The notes under the pieces were generated by a model. That model was not told where the DNA came from, did not search any database, and was given only the letters and a program-made list of their open reading frames with translations. Source: an uncultured Pseudomonadales bacterium (lineage in GTDB: Bacteria; Patescibacteriota; Microgenomatia; UBA1400; MFAQ01). From it: a DNA stretch of 64,000 nucleotides. The position numbers and the translations under genes were made by a program. This document shows, one piece after another, positions 9,355 through 19,537 of the stretch (its first letter is position 1; each line of letters begins with the position of its first letter). The stretch is from assembly GCA_964429015.1 (NCBI GenBank), contig CAYSAM010000002.1:25158-89157 (forward strand), read 5' to 3'.

Positions 9355-10455
9355 CTATCTAAAGCTCTTCACCTTCCCCAACACATAAACAGCGCCTTTA
9401 GTTTTTCCCCGCTTTCTTATCATCTTTTTAGCTACCAAATCTTTAAGATCACGCAAAATAGTATCATCAGAAACCAAAGGTAGTACTTGTCTTAATTCCT
9501 TAATTGTCAATTGTCCTTTAACGGTCAACTCTTCCATCAACGCTACTTGTCTTTCAGTCAAAGCCACAGCTCTACCCGCTTCAGTTTTATACTTCACCGA
9601 TTCTCCAGTCACACTCATCACCCTCAATTTATTTTTCTCACAAGCCGCCGCAAAAACATCCACAACTAGTTCCATAAGCAAGCTCATACCATCTTCAGAA
9701 TCAGAAACCGTTGCCAAAGTATGAAAAAGTTTTTCCTTAATCTTAAAAAGTTCTTCTTCAATAGCACAAAGTCCCAAGTTATAACCACCCATCTCAATCG
9801 TCATCATCATATACAAAAATGCTGTTATCAAGTTGCTATGCAAAAATGGCCTTATCCTCATCAATTCATAAAAAATTACTACACCTTTTAGTACTGGATG
9901 TATTTTTTCTGGCAAAGCTGTTTTATACCAAAGCAAAACATCTTCCAGCTGAAACAAAACTTCATGAGTTTTTGGGTGTGAAATAGCAGAACCCTCAACA
10001 AACGAGTCTTTCCTCCAATCTCCCAAACTCTCAGCAGCAATCAATCTCTCACCAAGCATTTTATTTATCGAAACAAGATCTTTTTCTCCCACCTCATTTT
10101 GTTTAAATTTTGTCGACAGATAAACAATCTGCTCCACCAACCTACTTGCATTTACCCAGTTAAGGGCTGCTTGCAACTCACTTTCTTTGACAACAAGCTC
10201 TAATCTCTTGGCAACATCAGAAGTTTGTTCGTCTCTTCCTGGCTCATCAAAAACAATTTTCGAAACAGTTTCCGTATCCAAACTAATCCCCAAAAACCTA
10301 AGTGAATTTACCAACCTCTTTACAATTACCTCTTTTTTTAATCTACTCTGCCACTCTATAGGAACTTCAATGTTTTTAATAATATTCAAGTCAAGCTCTA
10401 CCTTAATAAGGCTAGTAAGTAAACGGTTGGATATCTCGTACTTAGGAAAAAACAC
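9355..10455 (-). CDS. Fic-like protein with degenerate active-site motif and C-terminal winged-helix domain
   Basis: Size and architecture match typical ~370-aa Fic proteins. The core segment IRPFLHSNLITAFL aligns to HPFx(D/E)GNGRxxR, but the catalytic His is replaced by Arg and G/G/R are missing. The C-terminus LTERQVALMEELTVKGQLTIKELRQVL...RDLKDLVAKKMI is wHTH-like. Confidence 0.4.
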   Translation of the reverse strand: MFFPKYEISNRLLTSLIKVELDLNIIKNIEVPIEWQSRLKKEVIVKRLVNSLRFLGISLDTETVSKIVFDEPGRDEQTSDVAKRLELVVKESELQAALNWVNASRLVEQIVYLSTKFKQNEVGEKDLVSINKMLGERLIAAESLGDWRKDSFVEGSAISHPKTHEVLFQLEDVLLWYKTALPEKIHPVLKGVVIFYELMRIRPFLHSNLITAFLYMMMTIEMGGYNLGLCAIEEELFKIKEKLFHTLATVSDSEDGMSLLMELVVDVFAAACEKNKLRVMSVTGESVKYKTEAGRAVALTERQVALMEELTVKGQLTIKELRQVLPLVSDDTILRDLKDLVAKKMIRKRGKTKGAVYVLGKVKSFR

Positions 10456-10485
10456 TAACTTTATTTTCGCATTTCTTGCGGAAAA

Positions 10486-11352
10486 TCACAATCTACTAAT
10501 CACCTCTCCATACGCCAAGGGAATATTCTCTGCTAAATCTTGAGCACTAAACATCAAGCTTCGCTCATCCATCAACTTTTTGCCTGCCATCTTAATTAGA
10601 TATGAGGAATAAGCGCAAGACATCAAAGGGTTGTCCTTCGCCAAAAAACCCAAAGCCAATCCTGCTGTTACATCTCCTACACCACCCTTTACCAAACCAT
10701 CACTACCACCCCCAATAGCTACAACTTTGTTACCATCAGTAACTAAAGATGTTTCATCTTTTGTCAAAATTACAATCTCGTGTTTTTTAGCAATCTCCAA
10801 AATAATCTCTGCTCTTAATGAAACCTCACTTGGCAAATCAACACCAAACAACATCTCAAACTCCTTCTGGTTAGGGGTAACAATCGCCCCTTTAGGGATT
10901 TCATTAGCTGCAACCACTTGCAACGCACCACCATCCACAATCCATTTTTTATTAGGAAACTTTTTAAACAAACCAATCGTCAAATCCCGTGTTTTTTGCC
11001 CCTCATCATCACAAACAAACCCATGCTCTTTTATATGGCTTCTCATCATTCCAGGGCCAATCAAAACAGCATCAGACTTTTCTATATAGCCATCAATATC
11101 GTCTTCAGGAATCCACACAAAAGCTTGTACCTCACTTTTAATTTTATTTACCGCCTCAGCATCGTCTTTAGGACTAGCAAAATAAACCATGCCTACAATT
11201 CGAGAACACGCCTTAAGCGACATAATAGGTGCACCATGGAAAAGACTACTGCCACCCACAATTACTACTTGCCCACCCGAAAACTTACTTTTTGTATCTT
11301 TAAAAGTTTTAGAGTCTAAAAACCATTTTTCCTCAAATTTCTCTATTATCAT
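10486..11352 (-). CDS. nnrD: ADP-dependent NAD(P)H-hydrate dehydratase (YjeF C-terminal / carbohydrate-kinase-like domain)
   Basis: GGSSLFHGAPIMSLKACSRIVGMVYFA, VLIGPGM and VVAIGGGSDGLVKGGVGDVTAGLALG match the YjeF_C family. Confidence 0.7.
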   Translation of the reverse strand: MIIEKFEEKWFLDSKTFKDTKSKFSGGQVVIVGGSSLFHGAPIMSLKACSRIVGMVYFASPKDDAEAVNKIKSEVQAFVWIPEDDIDGYIEKSDAVLIGPGMMRSHIKEHGFVCDDEGQKTRDLTIGLFKKFPNKKWIVDGGALQVVAANEIPKGAIVTPNQKEFEMLFGVDLPSEVSLRAEIILEIAKKHEIVILTKDETSLVTDGNKVVAIGGGSDGLVKGGVGDVTAGLALGFLAKDNPLMSCAYSSYLIKMAGKKLMDERSLMFSAQDLAENIPLAYGEVISRL

Positions 11353-11371
11353 TTCATATATATTCTACTCC

Positions 11372-11412
11372 CGTCATTGCGAGGCGCGACTTTAGGTTGG
11401 CCGCGGCAATCC
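11372..11412. repeat. Dispersed imperfect-palindrome element (TCGTCATTGCGAG...CCGCGGCAATC), copy 1
   Basis: ccgtcattgcgaggcgcgactttaggttggccgcggcaatcc: ATTGCGAG and CGGCAAT arms are reverse complements around a GC-rich core. Copies at about 43168-43205, 48564-48592, 53313-53350 and 56430-56503. Confidence 0.75.
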
Positions 11413-11435
11413 AGTCAAATTGATACAATATAACT

Positions 11436-11699
11436 ATGAAATCCAAACCAGCCAAAAAACCCATTCACCAAAAAGTTGCCGCCCAAACGCTAACCCTCAT
11501 TACTACTTCCTTAGGTTTAGTTGCGGCTCTAGCTTGGAACGAAGCCATCACTGAGTACGTCAATATCTACATCAAACCTCGCTTTGCAAACGGCTCGGGA
11601 GTTATCTCTCTTTTTGTTTATGCTTTAGCCATCACCATTTTTACCGTCTTTCTTTCTTACCAGCTCAACAAAATCACCAAAAAAATCACCAAGCAATGA
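11436..11699 (+). CDS. Small membrane protein (2 TM), hypothetical
   Basis: 87 aa, two hydrophobic helices. Its stop overlaps the next start (ATGA). Confidence 0.35.
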   Translation: MKSKPAKKPIHQKVAAQTLTLITTSLGLVAALAWNEAITEYVNIYIKPRFANGSGVISLFVYALAITIFTVFLSYQLNKITKKITKQ

Positions 11700-12103
11700 A
11701 AATAGATGGTCTTCTTAAGGAACTGAGAGCACTAAAAATTCCAAGGGATGAAATGGCGATAACATCATCTGGCCCAATTGGAATAAGAGGTTTAAGAGAA
11801 ATAGGCGACTTAGATATCATCGTTACATCAAAAATCTGGGACAAGCTTTCAAGAAAATACAAAATAACCAAAGAGGATAATTTTGAATCAATTTTTATAG
11901 GTAATATTCAAGTTCTAGGAAATGGCTCCTGGTTCACAGATATTCAATATGGTTCTGTGGAAGATGATATTAAAAATGCTGACATTATCGATAATAATAG
12001 ATATGTTAAGCTAGAAAAGATCTTAATGATCAAAAAAATGAAAGACCGTCAAAAAGACATCGATGACGTGAAACTAATAGAAAGACATCTTAACAAGTCT
12101 TAA
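11696..12103 (+). CDS. Minimal nucleotidyltransferase-fold protein
   Basis: SSGPIGIRGLREIGDLDII fits the GS-x(9-13)-DxD motif of Pol-beta-superfamily minimal NTases. Confidence 0.35.
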   Translation: MKIDGLLKELRALKIPRDEMAITSSGPIGIRGLREIGDLDIIVTSKIWDKLSRKYKITKEDNFESIFIGNIQVLGNGSWFTDIQYGSVEDDIKNADIIDNNRYVKLEKILMIKKMKDRQKDIDDVKLIERHLNKS

Positions 12104-13176
12104 CTCAACTCTACTTTCTTTGCCGACTTAAACATATCCGCATCCCCCTCGTCTGCCGTAGTCACTATAACCTGCCTTCCTTCAGTCACCCTCAAAACCT
12201 CTTGCTTATGAATATTATCTAGTTCTGAAAAAATATCATCTAGTAGTAATAAAGCTTTTTTCTTTCCTCTTTCCTCCAAAAAATAAATCTCACCCATCTT
12301 CATCGCCAAAACCGCCATTCTTTGCTCACCCCTAGAACCAAAAGTACTTAGGTTTCTCTCATTCTCTGTCACCACCAAGTCGTCCTTATGCGGACCCACC
12401 AAGGTGTATCCTACTGCCACCTCAGCGTCTTTATACTGGGCTAGTCTACTTTCACTTATAGTACTCATTTCGTAATTAAGTTTCACCTTTTTAAACAGCT
12501 CACTTTTTCCAAACAAATCATTAATATACTGCACCAGTTCTTGTCTTTTTACCGTTACTATATTTCCGTGTTTAATTAGTAGTCCGTCCCAAAAAGTCAA
12601 AGCATATCTATTTGCTGACCCATCTCTTATTGCGTCGAGTATCTTATTTCTCCTACGTAAAGCCTGTTCATAAGTCGTAATACTGTTTTCATAAATTTTA
12701 TCAGCTTGGCTTAGTAATCTATCCATAAATTTTCTACGTACGTCCGCCGAACCACTCACAAGTTCCACGTCTTCCGGTCGAAAAATCACAATTGGCAACA
12801 GTCCCAACAAATCTTTTCTTCTGCGAGAAACTCCATCAATTAAATACTTTCTTTTATTTACCACCTTGCCCATCACCACTCCGCCATTCACCATCACTTC
12901 AATTTCTTGAGTATCCCCATCCTCCCAGACGATATCTGCTTTTACTTTTCCTAGCTCACACCCAAATCTCACCATCTCTTCTGTGCGCCTGGCTCTAAAG
13001 CTCTCACCCAAACTAGTGAGGTAAACAGCTTCCAATATATTTGTTTTCCCTTTGGCATTTTCTCCAAAAATCACATTAACTCCAGGTTCAAAATCTAGTT
13101 CCTTTTCTTCGTAATTTCTAAAATCAGTTAAGCTAAGTTTCCTTATTCCCACGCCTAAAGTATACAATAGAACCAA
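12100..13176 (-). CDS. recF: DNA replication and repair protein RecF
   Basis: Walker A FGENAKGKTNILEAVYL. C-terminal signature/Walker B region LLLLDDIFSELD. 358 aa. Confidence 0.85.
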   Translation of the reverse strand: MVLLYTLGVGIRKLSLTDFRNYEEKELDFEPGVNVIFGENAKGKTNILEAVYLTSLGESFRARRTEEMVRFGCELGKVKADIVWEDGDTQEIEVMVNGGVVMGKVVNKRKYLIDGVSRRRKDLLGLLPIVIFRPEDVELVSGSADVRRKFMDRLLSQADKIYENSITTYEQALRRRNKILDAIRDGSANRYALTFWDGLLIKHGNIVTVKRQELVQYINDLFGKSELFKKVKLNYEMSTISESRLAQYKDAEVAVGYTLVGPHKDDLVVTENERNLSTFGSRGEQRMAVLAMKMGEIYFLEERGKKKALLLLDDIFSELDNIHKQEVLRVTEGRQVIVTTADEGDADMFKSAKKVELS

Positions 13177-14031
13177 ATGAACTGGTTTTTTCTTACCATT
13201 CTAAGTGCTATTTTTGGATCACTTACTAGAATACTTCAAAAAACTCTTTTAAAAGATAAAGATAGCGATCCTTTTGCGTTTGGATTTGTTTTTCAATTAC
13301 TAGTATCTTTTCTTTTTCTTTGTTACACATTGGTTACAAACACTTTAGAATTCCCCAACCTTTCTGGTTTACTTTTAAACATTTTTATAATGGCTATTTT
13401 TTATAGCCTAGGAAACATACTCACTTTTAAAGCATTTAGTCTTGCCGAAGCCTCAGAAGTATCAATCATACTTTCATCAAGCACTATTTGGTCAGTAATT
13501 ACCGCCACCATTCTTTTAAACGAAAAAGTCACCACCAAAAATATCATCGGAATAGTATCGATAGTTTTAGGAATTGTTGTCATAAACTACACAAAAAAAT
13601 CATGGATGGTCAACAAAGGGCACCTCTATGCTTTGGCGGGAGCAATGCTGTTTGGATTTGCTTTCACCAACGATGCTTTTATTGTCAATCGTTACAGCAG
13701 TATTTCTTCATACATGATTATTGCTTTCTCTTTGCCAGCAATTCTGTCGCTAGCTCTAAATCCCAAATCCTTCAAAAAAATTAGTACCTATACAAAAAGT
13801 TCTGTTCTTCCCAGCTTACTTCTGTGTTCTATTGTTTATGCTTTATCGGCAATTACTATTTTTTCCGCCTACAAAATTGGAGGCAAAGCTAGTGTAATCT
13901 CCCCTATTCAGCAAAGCAGCACCATACTTACTGTTATTTTTAGTTACTTTTTACTAAAAGAAAAGGATAAACTACCAAACAAAATAATTGGAACCATCCT
14001 TACCTTTATCGGAGTCTTATTGCTAATATAA
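13177..14031 (+). CDS. EamA/DMT-family transporter
   Basis: 10 predicted TM helices in two duplicated halves. 284 aa. Confidence 0.65.
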   Translation: MNWFFLTILSAIFGSLTRILQKTLLKDKDSDPFAFGFVFQLLVSFLFLCYTLVTNTLEFPNLSGLLLNIFIMAIFYSLGNILTFKAFSLAEASEVSIILSSSTIWSVITATILLNEKVTTKNIIGIVSIVLGIVVINYTKKSWMVNKGHLYALAGAMLFGFAFTNDAFIVNRYSSISSYMIIAFSLPAILSLALNPKSFKKISTYTKSSVLPSLLLCSIVYALSAITIFSAYKIGGKASVISPIQQSSTILTVIFSYFLLKEKDKLPNKIIGTILTFIGVLLLI

Positions 14032-14583
14032 CTCTGGGTTCTTAAAAGGAATGAGTGCCAATATAATCGCTGGTTCATAATAAGTAGATCTAGTCAACAC
14101 ATCATCTGTTAATATTCCAACCGCTCCTGTAGACTGTTTTGAATTTGTTCTTCCAAAAACAATGTCGTCTGCTTCACCCAACTCTTTTCCTTGTTTTACC
14201 AGCTCTGCAACTTTAGTTGGTAAAAAGAAAGATCCGCTTCTCCCTTTACCCACTTTGCCCTCTTTAGAAATAACCACCATCCAAGCAAATGCCTCCAATT
14301 CACCACCAACTTCCTCCAAACCACCTTCAATACCCACCCAATAATCAGCCTCAATCATTTTAAAAACATTTTTTGCTCTATTTGTCGCTCCCAACAGTGT
14401 TTCTTTTTCACTCATAGGTTGATCAGATACTTCAGAAGGTGCCGATAACCCCTCAAATTCAAAAACTTCTTTGGGAAACATTTTCTCAAAACCTATTTTC
14501 GTCGTATTTATTTTAACCGGGTTATTTGAAGCAATTACAACTTTTTTCATACTCCAATTATTACATATTAGCCAAAAAACCAA
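14023..14583 (-). CDS. Non-canonical purine NTP phosphatase (YjjX/ITPase-XTPase-like)
   Basis: MKKVVIASNNPVKINTTKIGFEKMFP... resembles the YjjX N-terminus (VxxATxNPxK). ~186 aa. Confidence 0.55.
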   Translation of the reverse strand: MVFWLICNNWSMKKVVIASNNPVKINTTKIGFEKMFPKEVFEFEGLSAPSEVSDQPMSEKETLLGATNRAKNVFKMIEADYWVGIEGGLEEVGGELEAFAWMVVISKEGKVGKGRSGSFFLPTKVAELVKQGKELGEADDIVFGRTNSKQSTGAVGILTDDVLTRSTYYEPAIILALIPFKNPELY

Positions 14584-14626
14584 AAACTATTTAAGGAGAG
14601 TTTGTGTTTGTTTGTGCGATATTTTG

Positions 14627-14668
14627 CAAGGTGCGTAAAGCAGGCCCCCTGCAAAGTCAGGGGTTTAC
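14627..14668. promoter_or_regulatory. Nested perfect palindrome in the fpg-yjjX intergenic region (GTGCGTAAA...CCCCTG-CAAAGT-CAGGGG...TTTACGCAC)
   Basis: 9-bp outer arms and 6-bp inner arms read directly. Function unknown (operator or RNA hairpin). Confidence 0.3.
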
Positions 14669-14775
14669 GCACCGCAAACAAGAAAATTTTCTCGCAGGGA
14701 AAATCTTTCGGTCGCCAACAAATAAACACAAACGATCATATTAAATACTTTTTGCGATACTTCGAATCAAAAAAA

Positions 14776-15639
14776 TCAAATCTGACAATCTGGGCAGTAA
14801 AAAGTTCCCCTGCCCCCAAGTTTAACTTTTACAATCTTTCCACCACAATTTTTACAGGGCTGCCCCTCTCGCTTATAAGTTAAAAAGAAATTCTGATATG
14901 TTCCCCCCAAACCCTTGGTGTCTACATAATTTGCCGCGCTAGCACCCCCACACTCAATTCCCAAATTAATTACAAACCTCACAGCCTCATAAAGCTTTTT
15001 GGCTTCCTCTTTAGTCAATTCACACGCCTTTCTAGTAGGTAATATTTTTGCCATATTCAAAGCATCATTAGCATAGATATTTCCAATCCCTCCCATCAAC
15101 AGCTGATCAAGTAACACTATTTTTATTGGTCTTTTGTTTTTAATGAGTACCTTTTCAAAGTAATCCAAACTAAACTCCTCATCTACTACATCCGGCACTT
15201 TTTTAATCTGTAAACTGTTATCTGCCAGCTGTAAACTTACTACTCTCATCCACCCAAAAGCTCTCATATCATTAAAAAACAAAGCAGAATTGTCATCAAA
15301 AACAATCTCTATTCTTGTGTGCTTGCTAGGTAAACTATTAACCCAATCAGCACTAGGATGCCCACCCACAATTCTCTTTCCCTCACTTTGAGTTCTCTCT
15401 ATGTATATCAACTGCCCAGTCATCTTTAGGTGAACCTGAACAATAAAATCTGCATTTTCTAGCTCTATCTCCACCATCTTTGCTACTCTTCCAATTCTTT
15501 TAATTTTTCCACCCACAAGAATCTCTTTGTCACCAACGAAATTTTTATCCCTATAAACCTTCACCGTACAAATCACTCTCCCAACCAAAAAATTATTTAA
15601 CTGCCTTGCAATAGTTTCTACTTCTGGTAACTCTGGCAT
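14776..15639 (-). CDS. mutM: Formamidopyrimidine-DNA glycosylase (Fpg/MutM)
   Basis: N-terminal MPELPEVET (catalytic Pro2/Glu3). C-terminal zinc finger CKNCGGKIVKVKLGGRGTFYCPDCQ. Confidence 0.85.
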   Translation of the reverse strand: MPELPEVETIARQLNNFLVGRVICTVKVYRDKNFVGDKEILVGGKIKRIGRVAKMVEIELENADFIVQVHLKMTGQLIYIERTQSEGKRIVGGHPSADWVNSLPSKHTRIEIVFDDNSALFFNDMRAFGWMRVVSLQLADNSLQIKKVPDVVDEEFSLDYFEKVLIKNKRPIKIVLLDQLLMGGIGNIYANDALNMAKILPTRKACELTKEEAKKLYEAVRFVINLGIECGGASAANYVDTKGLGGTYQNFFLTYKREGQPCKNCGGKIVKVKLGGRGTFYCPDCQI

Positions 15640-16749
15640 TTATTTGTCTGTAATCGCCCACTTAATTACCCTCTTTATCTCACTCAAAAATCTTTTTTCA
15701 GAAAAAATCAAAGCTCGCTTTTGCAACATACTTTTTTTCCACTTAGTTTTCAGAACTTTTTGTATTGCAATCTCCAAAGTTTTTTCATCTGTATCATTTA
15801 CCAAAACGCCAGTCTTCCCGTCCAAAACTGATTCTTTAAACCCACCACCATTAAAAGCAATTACCGGAGTTCCCGAAGCCATTGCCTCCACCGGAGTAAC
15901 TCCAAAGTCTTCTTCACGCGCCAGAGCTATAAATCCAGTTGCCTTTGCATATAATCTTGGTAGCTTCAAATCACTAACTCTACCCAACAACTCAACTCCT
16001 TTAATCTTTGTCAACTTCCTTTTTATATCCGAAAACCCAACCGACTCTCCCGATATCTTCAGTTTATATCCTAGTTTTCTTATTGCTTCTGCAGTTTCTA
16101 CAATTCCCTTGGCACCCACCAATCGTGATACTATCAAAAAATACCCCTCTTTCTTTATACCTCTAGATTTTCTTATAAACTCTTCCGACCGTACAGGTGG
16201 ATACACAACCACTGCCTCTTTTCTATAAAATTTCCAAATTCTTTTCTTTACATTTTCTGAGTTTGCAATCCAAAAATTAACTCTCTGCGAACTCCATAAA
16301 TCAAATATTCTCAAAAAATGGTTGACAATAACAGCATAGACTCTCACAATCCAAAATTTTTGCAAATTTATACTAGTTTCGTATCCATACAAAAATCTAG
16401 GAGGTGTGTGACAGTATGCAACCACAGTAGCTTCCTTTCTCACTCGAAATCCTCTTGCAAAATATGAAGAACAAGAAGTAATTACCAAATCATAATCTCT
16501 AAGATCAATACTCCACCAAACCAAAGGTGCCAAAAATCGAAGGGGGCTATATAAATTAAAATGCTTAAGCAGCCAGCCAAACTTACTTTCAACTATCTTT
16601 CTGTCCCCAAACTCCTTTGCGCAAACTGAATTTGTTTTTACAAAAGAAGTATATATTGGTGCCTCAGGGTACACATTTGCTAGCTGCCTCAAAACTCTTT
16701 CAGCTCCCCCAAACTCCTTAATATAATCGTGAACAAGTGCTACTTTCAT
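15640..16749 (-). CDS. Glycosyltransferase family 4 (GT-B)
   Basis: C-terminal EDFGVTPVEAMASGTPVIA (EX7E-type motif). Confidence 0.75.
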   Translation of the reverse strand: MKVALVHDYIKEFGGAERVLRQLANVYPEAPIYTSFVKTNSVCAKEFGDRKIVESKFGWLLKHFNLYSPLRFLAPLVWWSIDLRDYDLVITSCSSYFARGFRVRKEATVVAYCHTPPRFLYGYETSINLQKFWIVRVYAVIVNHFLRIFDLWSSQRVNFWIANSENVKKRIWKFYRKEAVVVYPPVRSEEFIRKSRGIKKEGYFLIVSRLVGAKGIVETAEAIRKLGYKLKISGESVGFSDIKRKLTKIKGVELLGRVSDLKLPRLYAKATGFIALAREEDFGVTPVEAMASGTPVIAFNGGGFKESVLDGKTGVLVNDTDEKTLEIAIQKVLKTKWKKSMLQKRALIFSEKRFLSEIKRVIKWAITDK

Positions 16750-17666
16750 ACAAATATATCTACAACATCTTTTTCAAACTTTTCTTCAGGTAATTTTCCC
16801 AGTAAACTCTTAAAGTTTAGTTCTGTTAGTAAGTCCGTCACCTTCTTTTTATCATAGTCACTCATCAAACATTTATCCCAATCAAAGTCCAGTGGCACCT
16901 CTCTAAAAATTTCTGCCAAATGTCTACTCTTATCTGCCATCTCTCTGTCATCTTCCAACAACATTCTAGTTCTCGGGGCAATTTTTGTACTTTCAATATT
17001 TTTATATATTTCTTCTACACTTCCAAAATCTTTAACTAATTTAGTGGCGGTTACCTTACCAACCCCTTTAACACCAGGAATATTATCAGATGGATCACCC
17101 ATCAAACCTTTCAAGTCTATAATTTGTTTTGGTTTCATTCCATAAACTTCCATCACTTTGTCTTCATCAAAAACCACTGATTGAGAATATTTATTCTGAA
17201 TCGGTAAGTATACTACCACTTTTTTCTCTTCAATTAATTGAAGAGCATCTCTGTCTCCTGTTACTATCACCACTTGTACACCTACATCATTTTGATTTTT
17301 TTCAAACGCAACTTTCGATATTGTCCCAATAATATCATCCGCTTCATATCCCTCAATCCCAAACTGGGGAATATTTAAGGCTTCAACAACTTCTTTTGTT
17401 CTGTCTATCTGTTGCACCAAACTTTCATCCATGGGAGCTCGCTGAGCTTTATAATCCTCAAACTCTTTCTTCCTGAAGGTAGGTCCTTTTACATCCCAAG
17501 CCACAATTACATGAGTTGGTGAAAGTTTATCAATAACCGAAAAAAGCAAAGTTGTAAATCCGTACACTGCCCCAACCAACTCACCTTTAGGGGTCGTAAA
17601 AGGCGGATATGCATGAAAGGCTCTATGTAATAGTGCGTTACCATCTATAAGTATTAGTTTCTTCAT
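16746..17666 (-). CDS. 5'-3' exonuclease (Pol I N-terminal-domain-like / FEN-type)
   Basis: MKKLILIDGNALLHRAFHA..., GYEADDIIGT and the helix-hairpin-helix region GVKGVGKVTATKLV. Confidence 0.8.
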   Translation of the reverse strand: MKKLILIDGNALLHRAFHAYPPFTTPKGELVGAVYGFTTLLFSVIDKLSPTHVIVAWDVKGPTFRKKEFEDYKAQRAPMDESLVQQIDRTKEVVEALNIPQFGIEGYEADDIIGTISKVAFEKNQNDVGVQVVIVTGDRDALQLIEEKKVVVYLPIQNKYSQSVVFDEDKVMEVYGMKPKQIIDLKGLMGDPSDNIPGVKGVGKVTATKLVKDFGSVEEIYKNIESTKIAPRTRMLLEDDREMADKSRHLAEIFREVPLDFDWDKCLMSDYDKKKVTDLLTELNFKSLLGKLPEEKFEKDVVDIFV

Positions 17667-19523
17667 TTATTCAAATGAGCCTTTGCTCACACCTACTATC
17701 TCTTCAAATTCTTCTTGCTCCATGGTTTCCACCTCCACAAGTTTCGAAGAAAGCTTATCCAACAGTTTCTTGTGTTTTTTAACCACTTTTTCTGCCAAGC
17801 TGTAAGCTTCATCGATTTTTTTCTTAATCTCTAGATCTACTTTTGTCTGGGTCGATTCAGACAATTTACCAGATTCACCAGAAGTGTACCCCCAAGCGTT
17901 ACTCTCTATAGTTTGGCTCAAAGAAATTGGTCCTAAAACACTCATCCCAAAGTCAATTACCATTCTTCTAGCCACCATTGTTGCTCTCTCTATGTCATTA
18001 CTAGCTCCAGCTGTTAGTTCATTAAACACAAGCTTTTCTGCCGCCCTTCCAGCAAGCATCATCGCCATTTCATGTTTCAATTCACTTTCTGTTTGCTGGT
18101 ATTTATCCGTTTTTGGTCTACTCATAGTAAAACCAAGGGCCATTCCTCGAGAAACAATACTAATTCTGTGAATAGGATCAGTTCCCGAGAGCATGTGCCC
18201 CACCAAAGCGTGTCCCATTTCGTGATATGCTGTCATCTTTTTTTCAAGCTCACTAGACAACCTTCTTCTTTCTGGTCCCATCTTTACTTTTAAGCTTGCC
18301 TCTGCAATATCCTTCATTCCAATTTCTTTATTGTTGTCTCTTGCGGTCAATATAGCCGATTCATTCAACATATTTTCCAAGTCTGCACCAGAGAACCCCA
18401 CCGTGCTTTGAGCTACTTTATCCCAATTTACTGTTTTTGCAAACGGTTTACCTTTTTTATGTATCTCCAATATTTCTTTTCTACCTTTAATATCAGGCAA
18501 ATCCAAAGTTACTCGTCTATCAAATCTTCCTGGGCGAACTAATGCCGGATCTAGCACATCAGGTCTGTTTGTAGCGGCCATTACAATTACGTTTTCATTT
18601 TTCGAAAATCCATCCATCTCTACCAAAATTTGGTTTAGAGTTTGTTCGCGTTCATCATGACCACCCATACCACCACTTGCTCCACGAGCCCTGCCAATTG
18701 CATCCATTTCATCAATAAAAATTATCGATGGGGCAGCTTTTTTTGCCGTATCAAAAAGATCTCTTACTCTACTTGCTCCTACACCCACCAACATCTCCAT
18801 AAACTCAGATCCGGCCATAGAGAAAAACGGTACACCCGCTTCTCCAGCTACAGCTCTAGCCAGTAATGTTTTACCAACTCCAGCTGGTCCTGTCAAAAGA
18901 ACTCCTTTTGGTGTTCTCGCTCCAAGATCGACATATTTTTTTGAGTTTTTCAAAAAATCTACCACTTCCTCTAGTTCTTTTTTTGCCTCATCTACTCCAG
19001 CTACATCAGAAAACTTCACACTCTGTTTACCTTTAGCAAAAAGTTTTGCCTTGCTCTTACCAATACCGAACATGTCCACATTTCCTCCTTGTTTTTTCAT
19101 CATAAAAAACATCAATAAACCAAATCCTAGTATAGGAAGCAACAAAGAAAACATATCCCAAAATGCTTTGCCAAAGTCTTGCGAAACCACTTCAATTTTC
19201 ACCTTACTTTCGTCAATTCCTGCCTTCTGTAGTTGATCTACAAAACTAGAACCTTCCTCTTTTCGCGAAATACCGAGTGGCTCTACCCCTTTATCATCTT
19301 TAGGGTAATAAACCATAATATCGTCCCCTCTAATTTGTACCGTAGTAATTTTTCCTTGTTTTATTTCAGTAATTACTTCCGATAAAGACAAGTTTTTTAC
19401 CAATCCAGTGCTACCCAAAAACAGTTTTATTATGCTAGGAACAAACAAAAACAAAATCAACACCCACATCAAAATTCTTTTCAAATTAAAGTTTACTTTT
19501 AGTTCAATTTTTTTAGTTTGCAT
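17667..19523 (-). CDS. ftsH: ATP-dependent zinc metalloprotease FtsH
   Basis: N-terminal TM region. AAA Walker [27 protein letters not shown] region and the zinc motif HEMGHAL. Confidence 0.9.
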   Translation of the reverse strand: MQTKKIELKVNFNLKRILMWVLILFLFVPSIIKLFLGSTGLVKNLSLSEVITEIKQGKITTVQIRGDDIMVYYPKDDKGVEPLGISRKEEGSSFVDQLQKAGIDESKVKIEVVSQDFGKAFWDMFSLLLPILGFGLLMFFMMKKQGGNVDMFGIGKSKAKLFAKGKQSVKFSDVAGVDEAKKELEEVVDFLKNSKKYVDLGARTPKGVLLTGPAGVGKTLLARAVAGEAGVPFFSMAGSEFMEMLVGVGASRVRDLFDTAKKAAPSIIFIDEMDAIGRARGASGGMGGHDEREQTLNQILVEMDGFSKNENVIVMAATNRPDVLDPALVRPGRFDRRVTLDLPDIKGRKEILEIHKKGKPFAKTVNWDKVAQSTVGFSGADLENMLNESAILTARDNNKEIGMKDIAEASLKVKMGPERRRLSSELEKKMTAYHEMGHALVGHMLSGTDPIHRISIVSRGMALGFTMSRPKTDKYQQTESELKHEMAMMLAGRAAEKLVFNELTAGASNDIERATMVARRMVIDFGMSVLGPISLSQTIESNAWGYTSGESGKLSESTQTKVDLEIKKKIDEAYSLAEKVVKKHKKLLDKLSSKLVEVETMEQEEFEEIVGVSKGSFE

Positions 19524-19537
19524 ATTTATTTATCTAA

